From positions 18,466-82,465 of the forward strand of contig JACOXN010000006.1 of NCBI GenBank assembly GCA_016176295.1: DNA of 64,000 nt. Direction: 5' to 3'. The position numbers and the translations under genes were made by a program. Under the pieces are notes generated by a model that was not told where the DNA came from, ran no database searches, and worked only from the letters and a program-made list of their open reading frames with translations. The stretch comes from Candidatus Giovannonibacteria bacterium. Lineage in GTDB: Bacteria; Patescibacteriota; Minisyncoccia; UBA11713; 2-01-FULL-45-33. Below are positions 57,474-64,000 of the stretch, in pieces (position 1 is the first letter of the stretch; each line of letters opens with the position of its first letter).

Positions 57474-57866
57474 TTAATCTCCCAACTTTTCGTGAATATT
57501 TATATGAATGAGTTCGATTAATTTATGAAGCATAAACTCAAAGCAAAGTACTATATCCGATACGCAGACGATTTTGTTGTTTTGTCGGATGACAGGATTG
57601 CGCTTTTAAACCTAATCCGCCCGATTAAGAAATTATTACAAGAAAGACTAAAATTGGAACTTCATCCTAAAAAATTGTCGATAAATACAATTGCTTCAGG
57701 AATTGATTTTCTGGGCTGGGTTAATTTTACGGATCATAGGATATTGAGAACCAAAACCAAGCAGAGGATGTTTAAGAAGCTTAGTGAGAAAAATCTCTCG
57801 TCTTATTTAGGTATGCTAAAACATGGCAATGGACATAAAATCAGCCGTGTTATAATGAAAGCATGA
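57453..57866 (+). pseudogene. DGR-type reverse transcriptase, 3' fragment only (motifs 4-7), with an in-frame TAA
   Basis: KKIVGNLISQLFVNIYMNEFD-TAA(57519-57521)-FMKHKLKAKYYIRYADDFVVLSDD...GIDFLGW. Nothing resembling motifs 1-3 lies upstream in this frame. The stop overlaps the ruvA ATG (ATGA). Confidence 0.75.
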
Positions 57867-58429
57867 TTGGGCATCTTGAGGGGGAAATACTGTTTAAGGG
57901 AGAAAAATACATTATTTTAGACGTCGGTGGAGTGGGTTACAAAGTTTTCACCAACTCTTCCGCCAAAGGTTTGGAGTTAAAATCCAAAGTTAAACTCTGG
58001 ACGCATCTCAACGTCAAGGAAGACGCTCTCGACCTTTATGGTTTTGCGAATAAAAGCGAGCTCGAATTTTTTGAGCTTTTAATTTCCATCTCCGGCATCG
58101 GACCCAAATCAGCTTTGGGTGTTTTGGCGCTGGCGCCCGTGGATATTTTAAAGCGCGCCATCGGAGCGGGCGATACTTCTTATCTCACCAAAGTTTCCGG
58201 CATTGGCAGAAAAATGTCCGAGAAGATAGTTTTGGAATTAAAAGATAAAATGGGTTACGGCAAGGTTTCCGACGGGGGAGAAGGGCTTAAAGAAGATGCC
58301 GATATTCTGGATGCTCTCCTTTCGCTGGGCTACACACAGAGGGATGCCAGGGAGATGATACAAAAAATACCGGCAGAAATATTGGGCCGGGAAAAGAGAT
58401 TAAAAGAAGCGTTAAAAAAACCGGCATGA
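57863..58429 (+). CDS. ruvA: Holliday junction DNA helicase subunit RuvA
   Basis: MIGHLEGEILFKGEKYIILDVGGVGYKV plus HhH motifs (ISGIGPKSA, VSGIGRKMSE). Confidence 0.92.
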   Translation: MIGHLEGEILFKGEKYIILDVGGVGYKVFTNSSAKGLELKSKVKLWTHLNVKEDALDLYGFANKSELEFFELLISISGIGPKSALGVLALAPVDILKRAIGAGDTSYLTKVSGIGRKMSEKIVLELKDKMGYGKVSDGGEGLKEDADILDALLSLGYTQRDAREMIQKIPAEILGREKRLKEALKKPA

Positions 58430-58472
58430 ATTTTATTTGCGGGTAATTTAACCATATAACTATTTAACTAAC

Positions 58473-58988
58473 TTGGCTTGGTGGGACATATTCACTCGAT
58501 ATTTGAAAGAATCCGGGCTGGAGCCCGCGGAGGATAAGTCTGAAGCCGTTTCCAATGTGTCTCTGAAGTTAAGAACATTCCGGCAAATGCTGGATGATGC
58601 TTTCTTTGACGAAATGGTGGACATCCTTTATTTTTGGCTGGGTGTTTTTACATATGTATATTTCTTTACCATTGCGCTTTTGTATTTCGGCTCGATACCC
58701 TATACCCAGACCGTTTCTTCCAAAATAATCTCGGCGTTGGCCGAGCCCTATCTTGGCGCCGTCGGTATTTACACTATTCTCAAAGAGACCAGAAAGCGAA
58801 AAAGGAGGCTATCTCCGCGCCACTGGGGGGAGTTATTCGTCGGCGGATGGCTGGCACTTCTGCTTTCCGCTTCGTTTCTGGCTTTTTTCTTTGACGTTTA
58901 TACTTTAAATAATATACTTGAGGATATTATCACTATTTCGCTCGCTGTCGCCATTATTTATGTCGGAGGTTCCGTGCACAAACCATAG
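58473..58988 (+). CDS. Integral membrane protein, unknown function
   Basis: Four hydrophobic helices. TTG start is uncertain. Confidence 0.45.
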   Translation: MAWWDIFTRYLKESGLEPAEDKSEAVSNVSLKLRTFRQMLDDAFFDEMVDILYFWLGVFTYVYFFTIALLYFGSIPYTQTVSSKIISALAEPYLGAVGIYTILKETRKRKRRLSPRHWGELFVGGWLALLLSASFLAFFFDVYTLNNILEDIITISLAVAIIYVGGSVHKP

Positions 58989-58990
58989 CC

Positions 58991-60202
58991 ATGCTGGATA
59001 GGATATTCTACATCGGGAAGAAAATAATTCCCCGGCCGGTTTTTGTTTTTTTCCAGCCTTATTATCATTGGTCACTTTCGCATTTTGCGGCGCTTTTTTA
59101 CGGTTTTCCCTCCCGGCACATCGTCGTTATCGGGGTCACTGGAACCAACGGAAAAACGACGGTGACGCATCTTCTTTCTAAAATCTTGGAAAGTTCGGGC
59201 TTAAAGGCGGCATCCGTCTCTTCACTCCGTTTTAAAATAAAGGAGAAAGAATGGAAGAACGAGCTCAAAATGACCATGCCAGGAAGGTTCAAAGTGCAGA
59301 AATTTTTAAGGGAGGCGGTACGCGCCGGCTGCACACACGCGATTCTGGAAGTCACTTCCGAAGGAATCAAGCAGTTCAGACACTCGGGTATAAATTTTCA
59401 TATGGCGGTCCTCACGAATGTTACCCCGGAGCATATTGAGTCGCACGGCGGATTCGAAAAATACCGGGCCGCAAAGGCCGAGCTCTTCAGGCGCGCTAAA
59501 ATCCACGTGCTGAACAAGGAAGACGAAAATTTCGAATATTTTAACGTCATCCCGGCGGAGAAAAAAATAATTTATACAAAAGAAAGTTTGCCCCGGAACA
59601 TACGTCTTAAACTTCCCGGAGATTTTAACCTTTCCAATGCCGCGGCCGTATACGTTGCGGCGCGCGAATTCGACGTTTCCGAAGAAAAGATAAAAGAAGT
59701 GCTGGAAAAAACGGAATTCATAGACGGGCGGCTGGAATTCGTCGTGCGCGAACCGTTTTCGGTGGTAGTTGATTATGCACATACCCCGGATGCGCTCCAG
59801 AAGGTTTATGAAACGTTAAGCACACAAGATTCAAGATTAATTTGTGTTCTTGGGGCGGCAGGTGGAGGTAGGGATAAGTGGAAAAGGCGCGAATTTGGTA
59901 AAATTGCCGCGAAGCACTGCGGAGAAATAATTTTAACCAACGAAGATCCATATGACGAAGACCCCGGCCAAATACTCTCTGAAATAGAATCCGGAGTTTC
60001 CAATTTTAAATTTCCAATTTCCAAAATTCTGGATCGAAAAGATGCAATTAGAGAAGCGTTAAAGCTAGCCAAATCTGGTGACACTGTAATTATCACGGGA
60101 AAGGGCGCGGAACCATGGCTTATGGGTCCCAATGGAACAAAAATTCCCTGGGATGACAGGGAAGTTGTTCGGGAAGAACTAAGAAATTTAAAATTTAAAT
60201 GA
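58991..60202 (+). CDS. murE: Mur ligase, MurE-like (short form lacking the N-terminal domain)
   Basis: GVTGTNGKTT, TNVTPEHIESHG and VDYAHTPDAL motifs. Confidence 0.8.
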   Translation: MLDRIFYIGKKIIPRPVFVFFQPYYHWSLSHFAALFYGFPSRHIVVIGVTGTNGKTTVTHLLSKILESSGLKAASVSSLRFKIKEKEWKNELKMTMPGRFKVQKFLREAVRAGCTHAILEVTSEGIKQFRHSGINFHMAVLTNVTPEHIESHGGFEKYRAAKAELFRRAKIHVLNKEDENFEYFNVIPAEKKIIYTKESLPRNIRLKLPGDFNLSNAAAVYVAAREFDVSEEKIKEVLEKTEFIDGRLEFVVREPFSVVVDYAHTPDALQKVYETLSTQDSRLICVLGAAGGGRDKWKRREFGKIAAKHCGEIILTNEDPYDEDPGQILSEIESGVSNFKFPISKILDRKDAIREALKLAKSGDTVIITGKGAEPWLMGPNGTKIPWDDREVVREELRNLKFK

Positions 60203-60693
60203 AAAATATATATTTGGTCATGCACAATATCCGGAGCCTGCACAATGTAGGCTCGATGTTCCGGACGGCGGACGCTATGGGGGTGAAAAAAATATATCTC
60301 ACCGGTTACACGCCCGCACCTTTCGATATTTTCGGAAAAGTCAGGAAAGATTTTCAGAAGACGGCATTGGGAGCTGAAAGTTACGTGGAGTGGGAAAAAA
60401 TAAAAAGCATCAACTCGGTTTTTAAAAAAGTAAAGAAAGAAAAAGTTTTTATTGCGGCTCTTGAGCAGGCAAAAAACAGCATTTTGCTCTGTCATTTTGC
60501 AACAAAATCATTACTTAGCAATCCGATTGCTAAGCGTGGGGTTGCGGTAGTGGTTGGAAATGAAGTAAAAGGAATTTCACCCGCAATCCTCAAAAAATGT
60601 GACAGAATCCTTGAAATCCCGATGCTTGGCAAAAAAGAATCTTTGAATGTTTCTGTGGCGGCGGGTATCGCGCTTTATGCATTCTCAAGGTAA
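60199..60693 (+). CDS. SpoU/TrmH-family RNA 2'-O-methyltransferase
   Basis: NIRSLHNVGSMFRTADAMG, VVGNEVKGIS and LNVSVAAGIALY motifs. Confidence 0.85.
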   Translation: MKNIYLVMHNIRSLHNVGSMFRTADAMGVKKIYLTGYTPAPFDIFGKVRKDFQKTALGAESYVEWEKIKSINSVFKKVKKEKVFIAALEQAKNSILLCHFATKSLLSNPIAKRGVAVVVGNEVKGISPAILKKCDRILEIPMLGKKESLNVSVAAGIALYAFSR

Positions 60694-60702
60694 AATGACG
60701 GT

Positions 60703-60906
60703 ATGGCTTCAAATGAACAATTGCCCGACCTCTTTGGGGAGAAACACGAAGACTTAAGCAAGTTAAATCCGATCCGGAAGGTTTTGCGCCAGATGGAAAT
60801 ATTGGAGGAAGAAAGAAAAAAGAAAACCGAAGAAGCTAAAAAAGAGGAGCGAAAAAAAATGACGGAAGAAAATCCTAATTTGAAGAATCTCCGCGGAGGC
60901 GTATAA
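60703..60906 (+). CDS. Small Lys/Glu-rich hypothetical protein
   Basis: 67-aa ORF in an otherwise tightly packed same-strand gene run. Confidence 0.35.
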   Translation: MASNEQLPDLFGEKHEDLSKLNPIRKVLRQMEILEEERKKKTEEAKKEERKKMTEENPNLKNLRGGV

Positions 60907-60914
60907 TTAAAAAT

Positions 60915-61316
60915 ATGCTAAGTATTTTCCCAAGTTTGCTTGATTATCAATTTTTTGCGCCTCTTATTCTGCGTCTGGCTTTGGCTGCTGTTTTTCTCGT
61001 GCATGGATACCCGAAGCTTTTCGGGGGCTTTAGCCACGCGGTTCATTTTTTCAATTCCTCCGGCATCAAGCCGGCCAAATTTTGGGTAGTAGTTGTGGGC
61101 TTAGCTGAATTATTAGGCGGCATACTGCTCCTTGCCGGTTTTCTGGTCCAGCCGGCGGCGTTTATTTTGGTTGCCAATCTTTTGGTGGCTATCTGGAAAG
61201 TTAAGTTTAAAGCGGGATTTGCGAACGGCTGGGAATTCGACCTGGTTCTCATTGCGATGCTTCTTTCGCTTTTGATACTGGGGCCCGGAGCCTATTCCAT
61301 AGATTTACCTCTATAA
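60915..61316 (+). CDS. DoxX-family membrane protein
   Basis: Four TM helices with the LRLALAAVFLVHGYPKLF signature. Confidence 0.8.
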   Translation: MLSIFPSLLDYQFFAPLILRLALAAVFLVHGYPKLFGGFSHAVHFFNSSGIKPAKFWVVVVGLAELLGGILLLAGFLVQPAAFILVANLLVAIWKVKFKAGFANGWEFDLVLIAMLLSLLILGPGAYSIDLPL

Positions 61317-61371
61317 ATACCTTCTCAAACGAATATTTGAAGAAGTGCCTCTGGCGTGGTACAAATTACTA

Positions 61372-62205
61372 ATGAACCCCGGAGACATAGTTTTTGATGT
61401 TGAGACAAAAAAGTCATTCGACGATGTGGGCGGGAAGGACCACATGGAAAAATTGGGGATATCTGTCATTGGCGCGTTCGTTTACGGAGAAAACCTGCCT
61501 GCCGGTCAGGCAGGCAAATATATTGCTTACGAAGAGCACGAACTTCCGGAATTTGAAAAACTTTTGAAAACCTCCGGGCGCGTCATCGGTTTCAATATTC
61601 ACCACTTCGATCTTCCGGTCCTCCAGCCCTACATGTCTTTCAATTTAAAAGAACTCTCAACCCTCGACCTGATGAACGACGTCGAAAAATCGGCCGGTTT
61701 CCGCATTTCGCTCGATAATCTTTGCGGAGCAACGTTCGGCCACAATAAGTCTTCCAACGGCATGCAGGCGATATATTGGTACCGCGAAGGGAAAATAGAG
61801 GAAATAAAAAAATATTGCATTAAGGATGTGGAGCTTACTAAAGACCTCTTTGAATACGGCGCAAAGAACGGCCAGGTGTTTTTTAATCCCAGGAACGCGC
61901 CGGGGAAAGTCGCTCTCTCCGTCGGGTGGGGGAACGCGGAAGTAAAAAATATCAGAAAAATATTGAAGCAGGGGCTGGAGGAGAAGCGAAGCATCGAACT
62001 TGAATATATCACAAAGCCTGAAGCTTCAGCCGAAGCCGTTTCTCGAAGGCTGGTTGATATTTACCGAATGAAGGGCGACTCGTTTGAGGGGTATTGCCAT
62101 TTGAGGAAAGCCGAGCGAGTATTCAAGATAGACAGGATAACGGACGCGCGCCTTACCAATAATGAATTTAAGTTAATTACGGATGTCCAAGGAAGTATTT
62201 TTTAA
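61372..62205 (+). CDS. RNase H-fold 3'-5' exonuclease domain fused to a WYL-like C-terminal domain
   Basis: FDVET..., GFNIHHFDLPVL and KYCIKDVELT (DEDD-type exonuclease motifs). C-terminal ...GDSFEGYCHLRKAERVFKIDRI is the WYL-domain pattern. An alternative GTG start lies at 61345. Confidence 0.65.
   Translation: MNPGDIVFDVETKKSFDDVGGKDHMEKLGISVIGAFVYGENLPAGQAGKYIAYEEHELPEFEKLLKTSGRVIGFNIHHFDLPVLQPYMSFNLKELSTLDLMNDVEKSAGFRISLDNLCGATFGHNKSSNGMQAIYWYREGKIEEIKKYCIKDVELTKDLFEYGAKNGQVFFNPRNAPGKVALSVGWGNAEVKNIRKILKQGLEEKRSIELEYITKPEASAEAVSRRLVDIYRMKGDSFEGYCHLRKAERVFKIDRITDARLTNNEFKLITDVQGSIF
61494..61514. repeat. GC-rich palindromic element copy (CCTGCCTG-CCGGT-CAGGCAGG), in frame inside the exonuclease gene
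   Basis: 21 nt, translated LPAGQAG, with perfect 8-bp arms. Confidence 0.7.
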
Positions 62206-62665
62206 TTTTTTAGGGAATACCCTCACCCTCGATGCAGTGATCGCGGGGATTTCCGATTTCATTAAGAAAGAACCCGGCAGAAAGTACAAAATAATAATCG
62301 GTACTGACTCGATGGCAGCCAACGAGACTTTTTTCGTCAGCGCCGTAACCGTCTGGAGGGTAGGGAACGGCGGGATACATTTTTGGTCCCGGTCGGAGAA
62401 GATAAAATGCCACAATCTGCGCGACCGCATCAACCGCGAGGCGATTCAGTCAATAACTTTGGCTCAGGAAGTGAGGGGCAGGCTTAAAGAAACTTTGGGC
62501 GATGAATTTTTCTGGGATGACCAGGTCCATATAGATATCGGGCGCCAAGGTCCAACGAAGGAATTCGTGGACTCGATTGTGGGAATGGTAAAAGCCTACG
62601 GGTTTGAAGCCGTTATCAAGCCATACTCTTTCGGAGCTTCTGTCGTGGCCGACAGGCACACTTAA
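62183..62665 (+). CDS. YkuK-like RNase H-fold protein (DUF458 family)
   Basis: KIIIGTDS...FVSAVTVWRVGNGG...ADRHT pattern. Overlaps the upstream gene by 23 nt. Confidence 0.6.
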   Translation: MSKEVFFNFLGNTLTLDAVIAGISDFIKKEPGRKYKIIIGTDSMAANETFFVSAVTVWRVGNGGIHFWSRSEKIKCHNLRDRINREAIQSITLAQEVRGRLKETLGDEFFWDDQVHIDIGRQGPTKEFVDSIVGMVKAYGFEAVIKPYSFGASVVADRHT

Positions 62666-62671
62666 AATTAT

Positions 62672-63091
62672 ATGTTAATTATAGTCACTTACATTATTGG
62701 TGCATTTTTAATCGCAGTAGTTTTTGTATTGCCCCATGCTTTATTAACTTTCAGACGAAAAAAACTGCAGGAGTTAGCTAATAAATATAATTTAAAATTT
62801 GAAATTATTCGTACGCCATTTTTTAAATTTAATTTTCCTCCCGGCAGAATTGTGTTGCAGAAAATTTCCGGTAATTTAAATGGACATGCGGTAGAAATTA
62901 CGGATGAAGCCATGGTTTTTCTTTTTATGGGCGGATGGATTGAAAATAGCTGGAATGATATATGGAATGATCCGTTTATTTCGTACAAACGGACTCGTTA
63001 CGTTTACGATAAAGGTGAAGAATTGTTAAAAAATTTTGGCGGATTCGCTAGTATTAAAAGTTTAGATAGTCGCTTAAGAAAGCTATTGTAG
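62672..63091 (+). CDS. Membrane-anchored hypothetical protein
   Basis: N-terminal TM helix. AT-rich coding region with no recognised domain. Confidence 0.45.
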   Translation: MLIIVTYIIGAFLIAVVFVLPHALLTFRRKKLQELANKYNLKFEIIRTPFFKFNFPPGRIVLQKISGNLNGHAVEITDEAMVFLFMGGWIENSWNDIWNDPFISYKRTRYVYDKGEELLKNFGGFASIKSLDSRLRKLL

Positions 63092-63094
63092 TTT

Positions 63095-63166
63095 GTCTCC
63101 ATAGCTCAACGGATAGAGCGCAGCCCTCCGAAGGCTGAAATTCCAGTTCGAGTCTGGATGGGGACA
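63095..63166 (+). tRNA. tRNA-Arg (anticodon CCG)
   Basis: Cloverleaf drawn by hand. Acceptor GTCTCCA/TGGGGAC (one G:U); D arm GCTC-AACGGATA-GAGC; anticodon arm CAGCC-CTCCGAA-GGCTG; T arm TCCAG-TTCGAGT-CTGGA. CCA is not encoded. Confidence 0.88.
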
Positions 63167-63180
63167 CAAAATTACAGGTT

Positions 63181-63207
63181 CCCTGCCTGCCGGCAGGCAG
63201 GGATTTT
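63181..63207 (+). terminator. tRNA terminator formed by a perfect copy of the GC-rich palindromic element
   Basis: CCCTGCCTGCCGGCAGGCAGGG (22-nt perfect palindrome) followed by ATTTTT. Confidence 0.8.
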
Positions 63208-63292
63208 TACCCGCCTCTGGCGTGGCCTGTCGAGGGCATAAATAAAATAGTTCGCCATATCATGCGATATGGCGTCCCGTCGGATGACGGGG

Positions 63293-63312
63293 CGAGTCTG
63301 GACGGGGACACA
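63293..63312 (+). repeat. Duplicated tRNA-Arg 3'-end fragment (att-like scar)
   Basis: CGAGTCTGGACGGGGACACA versus tRNA 63149-63168 CGAGTCTGGATGGGGACACA (19 of 20 identical), 144 nt downstream. Confidence 0.6.
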
Positions 63313-63359
63313 GAGAAGGATTATAATAAAAGTATTCATAACTTCTTACTAATAAAAAT

Positions 63360-63740
63360 ATGGAAAATAAAAACGAGAAAAATATTGAAGACTTACAAAT
63401 TAAAGACCCGGTTGAAGCTGCTAATACTTTGATTGAACAGTATAATGATCTACAGACATACACAAAAGAAAAGTGGGCAGAGCCGCCCAGCGATAAGTAT
63501 CATAGCGATGAAAATCAAGCTATGGCTGAAGACGACGGGGCTAAATTAGAAATAGAAAGAGTTGAGGACTTGTTTACGGATTTATGGCAAGAAGATATCG
63601 CTTCTGAAATCAAAGAAGCCACTTTGCGCAAACTTCTGGATATAGGGCGGGAGGATGTTGTGAGACAAATAGCTAAGTTTAACGATATTTCCGATTTTGT
63701 TGATCAAGCAACTTTGGAAAAGGTTCGTGGCGCCAAATAA
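63360..63740 (+). CDS. Acidic hypothetical protein
   Basis: 126-aa ORF with no recognised domain. Confidence 0.45.
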   Translation: MENKNEKNIEDLQIKDPVEAANTLIEQYNDLQTYTKEKWAEPPSDKYHSDENQAMAEDDGAKLEIERVEDLFTDLWQEDIASEIKEATLRKLLDIGREDVVRQIAKFNDISDFVDQATLEKVRGAK

Positions 63741-63792
63741 ATCTTAACCACTGGGGCTCCGTTATTTTTTGTGTTACGCCTCTACGTCAAAC

Positions 63793-64000
63793 TATGAAAA
63801 TAGGTATCATCGGTAGTATGCAATTTACGGAAAAAATGATCAAAGCTCGTGACGAGCTTATTAAGCTTGGACACGACGCTTTTGTTACAAGTCTTACATC
63901 TCCGTTCATAGGAAAAACTGATGAAGAGAAGGAGGTTATTAAGATACACCAAAAACACAACCTCGATGCAATTAGGGAATTTTGGTCATTAATGCAAGGA
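63793..64000 (+). CDS. Partial CDS (3' end outside the window), possibly nucleoside 2-deoxyribosyltransferase-like
   Basis: MKIGIIGSMQFTEKMIKARDELIKLGHDAF... resembles the Rossmann-like N-terminus of that family. Weak support. Confidence 0.35.

Larger units (their letters stand above)
56079..57866 (+). mobile_element. Diversity-generating retroelement locus (target/VR, TR, Avd-like remnant, RT remnant)
   Basis: VR/TR pair with adenine-only mismatches, a YADD-box RT fragment, and an Avd-like four-helix-bundle fragment. Confidence 0.85.

Noticed and set aside
61347-63226. Exact 13-nt repeat GCCTCTGGCGTGG at about 61347 and about 63214 with nearby ACAAATTAC-like strings, which looks like a circularly permuted junction.
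   Set aside because: In 64 kb, counting both strands, dozens of exact 13-mer coincidences are expected by chance. There is no supporting extended homology.
1-64000. Alternative genetic code (UGA recoded, as in Gracilibacteria/Absconditabacteria).
   Set aside because: Conserved genes are intact under the standard code, and TGA ends dnaN exactly at the conserved C-terminus, so UGA behaves as a stop.

Overview
The window looks like a small-genome, Candidate Phyla Radiation (Patescibacteria/Parcubacteria-like) chromosome; that placement is inferred from gene content and protein style. It uses the standard code: TGA terminates dnaN at a conserved ...MPMRGI C-terminus. The window carries the replication origin (rpmH-rnpA-yidC-jag on the minus strand, dnaA-dnaN on the plus strand, DnaA boxes between dnaA and dnaN). 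Many replication and repair genes are present: fusA, comM, lexA with a Y-family polymerase, uvrD, uvrB, ruvA/B/C, polA, holA and a disrupted rsmA. Cell-envelope genes include PBP1A, murE, a LysM-M23 peptidase and pilB. Accessory content worth attention: (1) a diversity-generating retroelement at 56.0-57.9 kb, whose 122-nt VR and TR differ at 22 positions, all template adenines, and whose RT and Avd-like genes are both 5'-truncated; (2) a roughly 13 kb type IV secretion-like cluster at 13.3-26.1 kb (PrgI-like, VirB4-like, VirB6/TrbL-like and VirB2-like pilin proteins plus polyproline-rich secreted proteins), with no relaxase or coupling protein in the window; (3) four tandem substrate-binding-protein paralogs, a Cache-PAS histidine kinase and a double-receiver regulator, with no ABC permease or ATPase; (4) two families of GC-rich palindromic repeats, several copies lying in frame inside conserved genes; (5) a 159-nt structured element with 19-bp terminal inverted repeats; (6) a Cheo-type LexA box upstream of a small-ORF-lexA-polymerase operon; (7) tRNA-Arg(CCG) followed by a duplicated copy of its 3' end. 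All homology calls come from motif recognition by eye; no database search was run.
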